DNA of 64,000 nucleotides, taken from the NCBI RefSeq assembly GCF_039654945.1, contig NW_027361688.1:8680001-8744000 (forward strand). The letters are read 5' to 3'. Each line of letters opens with the position of its first letter. Position 1 is the first letter of the stretch. Shown here piece after piece: positions 47,935 to 60,141 of the stretch. A model generated the notes under the pieces. That model searched no databases, was not told the DNA's origin, and saw only the letters and a program-made list of their open reading frames with translations. Position numbers and translations under genes: made by a program. Source of the DNA: Dendrobates tinctorius. Its lineage: Eukaryota.

Positions 47935-49591
47935 TAATAATATCACCAGCAAGGAGAAGGGAAGATAAAATGCAGGTGGGGCAAAGAAATGACACCAGCA
48001 GGCTATGAAAGACCTCACCAATAACGTGGCAACAAAAGCGCAGTCACTCAGTGTCACTCAATGTCCCATGTACTCCGGCAGCTGGCCAGCACCTGAATGA
48101 AGAGAAACTGAAGATTACCCCACCAACAAAATGGCCGACGCCAACAGCGGTGACAGTGGGAGGAAAGAAGATGGCGCCCGCAGCTGTGCCTCACAGGAAC
48201 TTCACCACCAGCGTGTTCATGGAAAACCTGAAAAATGAAAGTTAAAATCGCCAGGCCGGGCAGGGGCGCCTCTAGAGAAGAGCCACAGAGAGTTTTCAAC
48301 AGGTAGACAGCAGCAGCTAGAATGAAAATGAACGCTGAAGTCTTATCCCGCCAACAAGATGGCCGACGCAAGCAGCAGTGGGAGAAAAGAAGATGGCGCC
48401 CGCAGCTGTGCTGCACAGGATCTTCACCACCAGCGTGTGTGCATGGAAAACCTGAAAAGAAGAAAGCCATGACAGGATCTTCTGAGCCGGTGTGCCTGAT
48501 ATAAACGGGGTTTAAGGAGGGCGAAAACCCCCCGATTAGCACGGGGCAAGTCCTGAGAAGGTCAACAGGGGTATTCTTAAGAAAAAGCCCACAATGAAAA
48601 AAATCAATATTTATAGGTATAAGCCGCGTTGCCATGGAAACCAGCGGCCAGCAGTATAATAATCTATGCGGTTATGTCCATAAAAAATCCTTTAATTTAA
48701 CAAGGGCTATGAAAAATAAGAATATAAAAATAAAAAGACATATAAATATAGAAATAAAAAAAGCCCCCAGAAGAGCAGTATACAGTTAATATGGATGAAA
48801 TTACCTCAGAGAAGCAAGGCAAAACAAATGGACTAAAAAATGTCAGAAAGTCATACAATTGTATTAAATAACAATGAAAAAGATGTTTTAACAAGAAAAA
48901 GAGCGTTCATAGAGTTTATTTTACCTCAGAAAAGCAAGGCCTCACAGGGGCCAGCCGTGAAATGACGCCATTTTAGCTGTCTGTCACCTTGAAAAAATGA
49001 TAAATAGTCCCAGGAAAATGCGATAAAGACGGGGAAATGTCTCAAAATGTGCAGAATAAAATTCTGAATAAAAGTAAATCGGAAAGGAAGCAAAAATTTT
49101 CAAAAAAATAATAGTTGCGTTGTATGTAGCGTTAGAGGGTTTTACCTCAGGAGGTCGCGCGTATTGCGACCTACATTTCTGAGGAAAACACTGGCTAATC
49201 ATCTTTGCTGCGCCCAGGTAGCTACAGACGCCTTCTCTCACTCTTTCCCTCACTTCTGTCCCTTTCTGCCTCGGAGGATTATTACACTATCATCCATAAC
49301 ACAGACAAAAGGAAAAAAACTCTGACTTTGTTCTCAAATAGCAACCAATCACAGAGCTGCTTTCGTTTTACCAGAGCAGTTGAGGAAATGAAAGTCGCGC
49401 TGTGATTGGTCGCTCAAGTCAACACAGTCAAGACATGGAATACAAAGAGATCCAAACAAGGAAACGAAAAGATGGAGATGAAGTGCAATGAATGGTTGCA
49501 ATAATGAAGGTCAATAATAAAAAATAGATGGTAATAGACCAGGGGGATGATCAAAGTTGATTTTGAATAAAGTACAAGTACAATATGGATA

Positions 49592-51138
49592 TAGAGAGAA
49601 GGAAATAAGTATTCGATCCCTCGCTGATTTTGTAAGTTTGCCCACTGACAAAGACATGAACAGTCTATAATTTTAATGGTAGGTTAATTTTAATATTGAG
49701 AGATAGAATATCAAAAGTATAATCCAGAAAATCACATTGTATAAATTATATACATTTATTGGCATTTTGCAGTGAGAAATAAGTATTTGATCCCCTACCA
49801 ACCATTAAGAGTTCTGGCTGCAACAGACCAGTTAGATGCTCCTATTAAAGACACCTGTCTTACATAGTCACCTTTATAAAAAGACTCCTGTCCACAGACT
49901 CAATTAATCAGTCAGAGTCTAACCCCCCACAACATGGGCAAGACCAAAGAGCTTTATAAGGATATCAGGGACAAGATCATAGACCTGCACAAAGCTGGAA
50001 AGGGCTATAAAACCATAAGTAAGACGCTGGCTTAGAAGGAGAGTGTTGGTGCAATAGTAAGAAAATATGGAAGAAATACAAAATGACAGACAATCAACAT
50101 CGATCTGGGGCACCATGCAAAATCTCACCTCGTGGGGTATCCTTGATCATAAGGAAGGTGACAGATCAGTCTAAAACTACATGGGGGAACTTGTTAATGA
50201 TCTCAAGGCAGCTGGGACCACAGTCACCAAGGAGACCATTGGTAACACATTACGCCATAAAGGTTTACAATCCTGCAGTGTCCACAAGGTCCCCCTGCTC
50301 AAGAAGGCACATGTGCAGGCCCATCTGAAGTTTGCCAATGAACACCTGGATGATTCTGTGAGTGGTTGGGAGAAGGTGCTGTGGTCAGATGAGACAAAAA
50401 TTGAGGTCTTTGGCATTAGTTCAACTTGGAGGAAGAGAAATGCTGCCTATGACCCAAAGAACGCCATCCCCACTGTCAAACATGGAGGTGGAAACATTAT
50501 GTTTTGGGGGTGTTTCTCTGCTAAGGCTACAAGACTGCTTCACCGCATCAATGGAAGAATGTATGGAGCCATGTACCGTAAAATCCTGATTGACAACCTC
50601 CTTCCCTCTGCCAGGACATTAAAAATGGGTCCTGGCTGGGTCTTCCAGCAAGACGATGACCCAAAACATACAGCCAACGCAACAAAGGAGTGGCTCAAAA
50701 GAAGCACATTAAGGTCATGGAGTGGCCTAGCCAAGTCTCGAGACCTTATTCCCATAGAAATCTTATGGAGGGAGTTGAAGCTCCGAGTTGCTAAGCGACA
50801 GTCACAAAATCTTAATGATTTAGAGATGATCTGCAAAGAGGAGTGGGCCAAAATTCCTCCTATTCCTCCTGACATGTGCGCAAACCTCATCATCAACGAC
50901 ACAAAACGTCTGACTGCTGTGCTTGCCAACAAAGGTTTTGCCACCAAGTATTAAGTCTTGTTTGCCAGAGGGATCAAATACTTATTTCTCACTGCAAAAT
51001 GCTAATAAATTTATATAATTTATACAATGTGATTTTCTGGATTTTATTTTTGATATTCTATATCTCAATGTTGACATTAACCTACCCTTAAAATTTTAGA
51101 CTGTTCAGCAAGGGATCAAATACTTATTTCCTACACTG
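49592..51138 (+). mobile_element. Tc1 element of IR/DR type, inactive (left end approximate)
   Basis: Long TIRs containing the direct repeat AAATAAGTATTTGATCCC; transposase remnant inside. Confidence 0.88.
49934..50954 (+). pseudogene. Tc1 transposase pseudogene (stops and frameshifts)
   Basis: MGKTKEL start; [25 protein letters not shown]. Confidence 0.88.
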
Positions 51139-51383
51139 TGCAGCCCAATGGATATACAGCTCAACAACCTTTTCTATTCTTATTTTAATTGCTATTTAAT
51201 AAAAATAAAGTCTTCATTTTTTGGTTGACTCTGCCAGGCGTCGTGGCGGCACCCATCTGCCGTGTCTGATTGAGCGCCTTTTCCGTCTGCCACAGTGTTT
51301 TCTTTGACTGGTCTCCCTGAGGTCAATGAGTGTTTCGTGATGTTGGTCTACTAGGCATTGCTCCTACCTAGCCAGAATCCTAC

Positions 51384-51427
51384 TCCACACTGATGAGGGG
51401 CAACACCCCGAAACAGCTGTCTGTGGA
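51384..51427 (+). ncRNA. Intact type I hammerhead ribozyme
   Basis: UCCACA-CUGAUGA-GGGG caaca CCCC-GAAA-CAGCUG-UC^-UGUGGA: perfect stems I and II, palindromic stem III, GUC cleavage triplet ending at 51421. Confidence 0.9.
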
Positions 51428-52034
51428 TGGATACCTGGCCTTGGTATTTCCCTTGTCACATCTGTAAACTCGTAAAGAGCTGGATATTGACTTAAAGGGC
51501 CACTTAATATGGTGGTTTCCGAAAGGAGCCACCCCTTGGCTGGGTTCTTCCCTGGAGGAAGATCTGGCTAGTCCCGTGTTTGAGACTCTTAAATGAGGCT
51601 CCACGGACTTTATTTGCATATTCATATTTCCCAGGGAGCATTGCACCTAGGATTTCACTGATTGAGCGCCTTTGCCGGCTGCCGCAGTGTTTTCTTTGAC
51701 TGGTCTCCCTGAGGTCAGTGATTGTTTCGTGATGTGTGTCTCCTATCACAGCGCCCCCCATATGCATTCTTTGATTTCTGGTTTGCTTTTTTCTGTGCGG
51801 GCACCAGCAATCAGCGCCATCTTCCTCCACATTGTTCCATGATCATGTGCACTAATATGGATACAGTTTATTAATCCATTCAGCTGTATTAGCTTACTAT
51901 ATCCGTCTGTTCTTCCCTCTGATTGGTTCTCATCCACCTAAATAGCCGCACTCTCTGTGCCTGTGTTACGCCACCTTCATTATTGCAGCCATGCATTGCA
52001 CTTCATACCCATCTCTTTTGTTTACTTATTTTTT

Positions 52035-52649
52035 GCTTTATAAGACGCTCCCCAGAAAAATAGGAAAAAAACCTTTTTTTTAATAAAATGGTGTTGCTTC
52101 TTATAATCCAGGCATCTTATTGCATACCGGGGGTTGTGGCTGCGGCGAAATGGGTTGCTGCTGGAAGAGGCAGGAGTGGAACGTTGCTGCTGAGATGAGG
52201 GGGTGTTTTGATGTGCGGCGCACCGCTGCAGGTGTCCGATGCTGCCGCTGTGCTATGTCCCCAGTGTTGCCAAGTGTTGCTGTCATCGTGCTCTGTCCCT
52301 GGTGCTGCCGTCTGCTCTGTCCCCCGGTGCTGCCACCCGCTCTGTCCCCCCGGTGCTGCCGCTCGCTCTGTCCCCTGATGCTGCCGCCGCATTCTATCTC
52401 CCGAGATTTCAGTGCCGAGATCTCCATCTGCGCATGCGCGGCGGCCATGCAGAGCCCCCCACGCAGCACGGGACAGAGCACGGCGGTGGCAAGCACCGGG
52501 GGATAGAATGCGGCAGTAGAACCCGGCAGCACTGGGGGACAGAGCGCAGCGGCAGCACAGATAAGGTATATCCGCATTGTAAGACGCACCCCTATTTTCC
52601 CCCCAAATTTGGGGGAGAAAAAGTGTGTCTTACAAAGCGAAAAATATGG
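52035..52649. mobile_element. Pogo/Tigger-type non-autonomous element (left end eroded)
   Basis: TAAGACGC subterminal motifs; right end GCGAAAAATATGG-TA. Confidence 0.55.
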
Positions 52650-55382
52650 TATTATATTTTATTTATCCTCTATATGGCATCTTTTTTTCTTTCCTCACAT
52701 TTATTTCTACAGGTTGCACAGCACCAAAAAACTACATCATAAACACAAAATCCTTGTCCAGGCGCTAAGTACACAATAGACCCTGGCTACTTGTACACTG
52801 AGCTAGTCCCAGTCCGATCAAACTAAACGGCTATTGACCATAGCATCCAGTGATACTTGCAGTTTGGTGCCCACTCTCTGTGCAGTCTCTTCTCAGAGAG
52901 ATTCTGGCTTCTCTCTTTCTTTATCTCCAACACAATCCAGTCTTCTTAGCTTCCCCCAGCTGACTTCGACTGTGGTGAACAACTAGCCTGGCTATATACA
53001 GAGCTAGCCAGGTGACCTAATCAGAACCTGTAGTGCTAGGATTTAACCATAGACTACCTGGCTTTCCTACAGTCCTTAGAGTTCCAAAAACAGCATATAC
53101 ATCTACTTATGTCAAATATTACATTACTGTCTTTACATCTGAGCAAAAAGGTTCACAGGGTTTTTGTACCCCATCCATGTCGATACTCCGAGGCAGTCAC
53201 AAAGTGCCTTCATGCTGAACCCCAGGCATAAAAAAATTAACAGTCCGGGTTCACAGAAGCATCTGCAAAATCATATGTCTTCACTTCACCTTTGCGTATT
53301 TAACAAAATGATCAAATCAACAATAGTTCGGGGCCCAGCAAATCCGCTGCTCTTTTGATTAGCTGGTTGGGTTTGCAGGCGCAAAGATGACATTGTGCCT
53401 ACAAATCAGAGGAGGCGCCGGGGATTCTAACAGAAAGTAGATCTGCAGGGATCCTGTCTGGTGGCCACGGACAACTAACGTGGCCTGTAGACCAAAGTCC
53501 TGTGAATCAATTTGCTCATCTCTAAGGTTTACATGTTCAAGAACCAGGCCATGGTTTATTTTTTTCCCCTCTTTTACTTTTTCCTTCTCAAATTCAAAGA
53601 GCCATAACTTTTTTATTTTTCATTTGTCATAGCTTTATGAGGGTTTTTCATTTTTTTCTAAATAATGTAATGAAAAAAAAAAAGAGTAGGAAAAAAAATT
53701 CAAGAAGGTGGAAACGGTGAAAAAAAAACCTAAAATGTTATTTTATTGTTTTTTAATTTTTTTTAAATCATTCATTGTATGGTAAAAATTACCTGGTAAT
53801 GTGATCTCTCAGGTAAGTGATTATGGTGATTCCACAAATATAGTTTTTTTATATTAATTTAGTGGCTAAAACAGATTGAAAATACTGTAAAAAAAAAAAA
53901 CTTTTTTCCTCCATTTTCAGAAAGCCGCAACTTTTTTTTATTTTTCTGTTGATGGCGCTGTTTGAGGGCTTGATTTGTGTTTGCATACCAAGCTGTAGAT
54001 TTTACTCATATTATTTTGAGGTACATACAGTATTTTAATAATTTTTATTGCATTTTTTTGACAGGAGTGGCAACGAAAAAGCAACATTTCTGGCATTTAG
54101 GTTTTTTTCTATTCTATATTTTGATAGATTAAACTTTTATCAGTGTGTCAATACCAAGATGATTTTTTATTACCTTATTTATTAATTTTTAAAGGGGTGA
54201 TTCATTTGCTTATATTTTTTTTTTTTTTAAACAAAACTTTATTTTGTCTTTTAGTCCCATTAGGAGACTTGAACCTGTGATAGTAAGATGGCATATACTG
54301 TAGACTGCAATACTAATGTATTGCAGTATATACTGAGGCATGATAGCTCATATAAGTATCTGAAAACAACCCCCTCGCCGCATATGAGGGCCCCAGCACG
54401 GCTCCACAGTTACATCCATATGTACCAAACATTTAAAAATGACGCTGCTGAACTTGTTTTTTTTGGTGTTTTTATCTCCTTTAGGTTTCGAGAACCAGAA
54501 AAAACACATCTAGAAAACAAATTTGTGACATCACCGCTCATCATTCTGAACTCTTGCTCTGCTGTCTTTGAGACCAACGGCTGTGAAGTGCGGTAACCTA
54601 ACTGACAACACTGCAGTTTACAGGCAGGTTCATACGTAGTACAGCGTGAGAACCAGCAGTGGCTGGTTATTGGGCCCTTCCCAGGCTAATAAGACCAGCC
54701 CCCACCTGTCTGATTTACCTTAGCTGGCTATCAATTATAGAGAGGAACCCCACGTAATTTGTTAAAATTATTTAATTATTAGCTAAATAAATGTACAGTA
54801 AGTTACACACGTAAAGCAGTGATTATATATCTCACGGACATCTAACTATTCCATTTATCTATATTTATATCTGTATATAAGATTGCTTTATTAGTTTTGT
54901 AAACTAGCTTTAAATTACATAGAGAATTACTATATGTAAAACATGATGTTAAAAGCGCATTTCATACGGCTGTCATACGAATGATAAGTGAATGAAAAAA
55001 CGAAGATGTGAGCGAACACTTGTACCGTGAGCACATTCCGGCAGAGTTTGTAACTCTTTTATCCCTCTTTTTCTGACCTCTTCTCAGCTAATTTATGAGC
55101 ATAGACCAAATCAGAGATAAACAGGGAAACAAAAAGCCTGTAAAAGCCAAACCGACGAAAATTCTTAATGAAATCCTCATGTAAAACATGATTTTTAACC
55201 CTAAATACAAGCATTTAAGTAGAATGAAAAATGCCCCCAAAGGTGGACAACCCCCGTAGCTTAACCTTAAAGTTTATTTTCATTATAAATAGTTAAAATT
55301 TCAAAGGTCTATTAAAAGGAAGGATCTACAATTTACTTATTAAGATTATCAATGAATGTTATTGTTTACAGCTTGGTGCTTA

Positions 55383-56334
55383 GTTTGTGGCACATTAGTA
55401 TATAGGAGGGGGAAAACTTTTCAAGATGGGTGGTGACCATGGCGGCCATTTTGAAGTAGGCCATTTTGGATCCAACTTTATTTCTTCCAATGGGAAAAGG
55501 GTCATGTGACACATCAAACTTATTGATAATTTCACAAGAAAAACAATGGTGTGATTGGTTTTAACATAACTTTATTCTTTCATGAGTTATTTACACGTTT
55601 CTCTTTGTTTACAGCCATTGACATGTCGCAGACCGATCTGGGTTTTCCTTGTTGAGATGCTGCAGCAGCTAGATTCTGTAAGGGTGCCATTTGTGAGTAG
55701 CTAATATCCGCCGAAGGATGTTCAACTGATGCCAGATGGGAGCACTGAATTTGCAGAATGGGCAAAACAAAAATTGGAACAGGACCCTCAGTTTACACAG
55801 AACATTATGTTCAGTGATGAGGCAAACTTTTTTGGGTGGGCTATTTAAATGGATACACCTAAATAAAGTGGGAATGGTGACTGTTTTCTTGCGTAGGGTG
55901 TCTTGCATTGAAATCTGCTGTAATGACCCGGGTACTGCGTTCACCAGACATCAACACAATTTCTATCTGCTCCGACTCCTCACGTGTTAACCTCTGCGAC
56001 ATGTCAATGGCTGTAAACAAAGCGAAACTTGTAGATATCTCATGAAAGAATAAAGTTACATTTAAACCAAGCACACCATTGTTTTTCTTGTGAAATTCTC
56101 AATAAGTTTGATGTGTCACATGACCCTCTTCCCATTGGAGAAAATAAAGTTGGATCCTAAATGGACGACTTCAAAATGGCCACCATGGTCACCACCCATC
56201 TTGAAAAGTTTTCCCCTTCCCATATACTAATGTGCCACAAACAGGTAGGTGATATCACCAACTATTCCCATTTTATTTAGGTGTATCCATATACGTGGCC
56301 CACCCAGGTGTATCCATATAAATGGCCCACCCTG
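55383..56334. mobile_element. Rearranged Tc1/mariner-derived element with ~245-bp inverted arms
   Basis: 55383-55628 is the reverse complement of ~55997-56241; terminus TATCCATATAAATGGCCCACCCTG; transposase N-terminal scrap IEIVLMSGERSTRVITADFNARHP. Confidence 0.7.
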
Positions 56335-56552
56335 TCCCTGTATTTATAAGCAATGTTGGGAAGCTGCCTGATCTCTGGTTCTGCTTCAGTGCAAATGCGC
56401 TCCTCTAATGGAGCTAAGGCAAAGCTGACCCTGATTGTATCATCCAAGGGCACACGGATAACTATCAATAAATCAGGAGCTGAGGCATGAAATATGGAGC
56501 GGTGCGGTCCTCAACTGCAATGGTGAGAGAGCACCTCATAAGATGTCATTTC

Positions 56553-59170
56553 CTATCCTGTAATCCTCACCCAGTTATCCACACAGCTTCCATCAACTTT
56601 TCTCCAAGGTACACATAATGCAGGATGAAGGGGCTCGGTGAAGGTGGCAGTGAAGGTGTGTAAGTGTCTGATGGGGTCACACAGCTCATAAAAGGACAAC
56701 TGCCCGACCTCATAATCCAGACAGATCCTGACTAGGGATGGGCGAATCTACTCGTTAGGACTCGTTACTCTGCGAGTAGTAGGGGACTCGCAGGAGTCGG
56801 TACTCTGCGAGTTTCCAAGCGATTACTCGCACAGTAACGAGTCCAATGCAAATAAGGCTAAGTGCACACGTACCGGAACTCTCGCGGAAATTACCGCGAG
56901 AATTCCGGAATTCCATTCCGCGGGAAAATCGCATTTTAAATTCCCGCGATTTTCCCGCGGAAAAACTAGCATTTTGCAAGCGTAATTAGCTTGCAAAATG
57001 CTAGCGTTTTCCAAGCGATCTGTAGCATCGCTTGGAGAACTGATTGACAGGTTGGTCTCACTCGTCAAACATAGTGTTTGACAAGTGTGACCAACTTTTT
57101 ACTACTGAGGCCGCCTATGCGGCATCAGTAGTAAAAGATAAAATGTAAAAAAAATAAAAAATATTGTTATTCTTACCCTCCGACGTCCCGCGCAGCCTTC
57201 CCGCCTCTCCACGCATCCGTTCCCAGTAATCCTTTGCGAAAATGCCCGCGATGACGTCCGTTCTCGCGGAATCGCGATGTCTCGCGGTAATTTGCGATGA
57301 CGTCCCGCGAATGACCGCGAGACTTCGCGATCCCGCGAGAACGGACGCCATCGCGGGCATTTTCGCAAAGGACTACTGGGAACGGATGCGTGGAGAGGCG
57401 GGAAGGCTGCGCGGGACGTCGGAGGGTGAGAATAACAATATTTTTTATATTCTATTTTTTACAGGGATATGGTACCCAAAGCCCGGAGGACAGTCTCCTC
57501 CTCTCCTCCGGACCGTGGGTACCATCCACAATTGTTCTGCTTACTTTCCGCATGGTGTGCACAGCCACATGCGGGAAGTAAGCGGAACAAAAAAAATGGC
57601 AGCACAGGAATCGCTGCAATACTCGCATCCCCATTCATTAACATTGGACTCGCTAGACTCGCAACGAATAGCGAGTTTCCGAGTCGGACTCGTTAGAGTC
57701 TAGCGATTCCGAGTATTTCAGGATTCGCCCATCCCTAATCCTGACTCTATCACTGGAGATATTGTGAGGTAACTGGATCACTTTACCGTCATGTCTCACT
57801 GAATACTGATTATTATATCTCCACAAGCACCAGGACTTATTATTATATCCAATCAGTGACTGCTGCCCTCTCCTGTCCATACTGGGGTAACACATCCCCA
57901 CCATCCACCCCCCTGATCTTCTGATCTCCACATCCCAATAATGTCATCCTGAGGTAAATCCCCTCCTGCTCATCACCTGATTATAATACTGGAATCCCTC
58001 TGCTGTTTCTGGACGATTCTGCTCCTCTCGTGTCCAGGTCGCAGTTTTCAGGTCGTCTGATATAAGGAGATTATTAGCAGCTGTGGTTACATCCAGTAAT
58101 ATATCTGCAGGACCCTCCACATAGATCCCGCTCCTTATACCTGATATTACGTCACATAATGTGTGTAATGTGTGTGAGATCACAGCCACATCCAGGTCAC
58201 CTCCATCATGGGGCCGGTTATTATGTCCCCCTGTGTCCTCATCACCTCCCACCTCCTCAGGATCACACAAGTCACCGGTGTCTGGTTCCTGTAGGACAGT
58301 CAGTGGATCCGTCATGTTACACAGCTCCTCAATGTGTCTCATCTTCCTGGACAGCTCGTCCTTCTTTATTTCCAGCTGATGGATCAGAGCAGACAGTGAC
58401 AGTGACTCTTCCTTTTCCTGCCTGGAGATCTCACTCAGGACCTTCTTCTCCAGGTCGTCCACCCGTCTCCTGATGTCTGTACACAGGGCAGTGACTCTCT
58501 CGGCTTCTCCAGCTGCTTTTTCTTGAGCTTTTCGCCTTCGTTCCTCCAGACTCTGGACTCTTTCCTCAGTCTCTCCTCTCTTTGTGGTCAGTTTCTGGAG
58601 AACATTTCTCAGTTTCTTCTTCCTCTTCTCTGAGGCTTCATCCAGCATCTCCACCTGATGTCTCCGATGTTCTCCTGCTGAACAATAGACACAGATACAA
58701 GCAGCGTCCTCAGTGCAGTAATATTCCAGGATCTTCTTATGGACAGAACATTTCCTTTTCTCCAGATTAGTGCTGGGATCAGATAAGACGTGTTCTGGTG
58801 ATTTGCTGTGAGCTCTCAGGTGTTTATCACACGGAGAAGCCTCACAGTGTAGACAGGATCTAACAGCAGGTACCGGAGAGTCCACACAGTAAGTGCAGCA
58901 GATCCCGGTGATCTCCTCTTGTTCTTGCTGAGTAATCAGGAAACGTTCTGCGACATTATGGAGATTTATGTTCCTCATCAGTGTAGGCCGCAGCCGAAAT
59001 CTTTTTCTGCATTTAGGACAGGAATAAACTCCAGACCCGTCCTGTGTATCCAGCACATGACCAATACAGACCCGGCAGAAGTTGTGTCCACATCTCAGCA
59101 TTACAGGGTCCATAAATGTAGATAAACAGATGGCACACAGCAGCTCGTCTCTCAGATCTATAGACCCCAT
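56553..59170 (-). pseudogene. TRIM copy 4: CGA>TGA nonsense at 57944-57946 plus hAT MITE insertion in SPRY; 408-aa truncated ORF remains
   Basis: Frame continues HYWDVEIRR after the TGA; removing 56733-57745 restores RVRICLDYEVGQLSFY...CVPWRKVDGSCVDNWVRITG*. Confidence 0.92.
56733..57737. mobile_element. Non-autonomous hAT element (1005 bp) inserted in the SPRY region of copy 4
   Basis: 16-bp TIR TAGGGATGGGCGAATC; perfect 8-bp TSD ATCCTGAC (56725-56732, 57738-57745). Confidence 0.95.
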
Positions 59171-59187
59171 GGCTGACAGAAGAAGGA

Positions 59188-59200
59188 AGAAATGAAACTG
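59188..59200. promoter_or_regulatory. Candidate ISRE 5' of copy 4
   Basis: AGAAATGAAACTG, identical core to the copy 1 motif. Confidence 0.45.
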
Positions 59201-60001
59201 AACTTACCTCACCCTGAATATACAGTAATATTGTTGCTACACCCATTTCTTTAACCCCCTTAAGGACAGTTGCATGCCACTATTTAGTGGATCATGTAAT
59301 ATATTGTATAACTTAAAGGTGTTTTCTCACGAACAAAGTACATTTTCATCAACAGATCCTGAAATATTAATAAGTTCCACAACTGGATGTGTTGAAAAAA
59401 TTGTTCCTGTGCTGAGAATCTCATCATTGTGCTCCTTCCTATGTACTGTATTATTATTTGCTGTGTCCTGCATACAAACCCCTGGCCAGGTGAGAAAGCA
59501 TAAGTGAATATACTGATGATACAGGAGGGACTCTCAGCTGTGTATTTGTGTGAGGGAATACGTTTCCATTTTTGTTTGTTTTATCACAGGAGCAAGTGTT
59601 TCTGCCGTGTCACCAGCCCTCTGAGCTTATCATAAATCTAGTCAGTGATGTACAGCGATGTAGACCTGGGATCTGTGATAAGGTATAATCTGCTGTTGAA
59701 CTTTTTGTACAATCAATTATTGATAGCATAGAAGTGTATGTGGCAGATGACTTTTCTTTGAGCTTTGTAATACAGTCATCATACCTCACAAATTTTGAAG
59801 AAGGGAAAGAGGGACAAAGAATGTGGTGCGCGCAGCGCGTCGTGGCATATTGTAGGTCATGCCCCCCGACCACACCCATTTCGCTACTAGTCACACTCAT
59901 GTCCACACCCAACCGCACCCATTTAGCACTGCTGATCACACTGTCTGTTACTGAGGGCACAGTGGCTGGCATTATGGGCACAGTGGCTGGTACTGTGGGC
60001 A

Positions 60002-60141
60002 NNNNNNNNNNNNNNNNNNNNNNNNNNNNNNNNNNNNNNNNNNNNNNNNNNNNNNNNNNNNNNNNNNNNNNNNNNNNNNNNNNNNNNNNNNNNNNNNNNN
60101 NNNNNNNNNNNNNNNNNNNNNNNNNNNNNNNNNNNNNNNNN
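60002..60141. other. Assembly gap (140 N)
   Basis: Run of N. Confidence 1.

Noticed and set aside
57944-57946. Selenocysteine or programmed readthrough of the in-frame TGA in copy 4
   Set aside because: Copies 1 and 3 have CGA (Arg) here, a typical CpG transition; no SECIS seen and the downstream frame is broken by the hAT insertion
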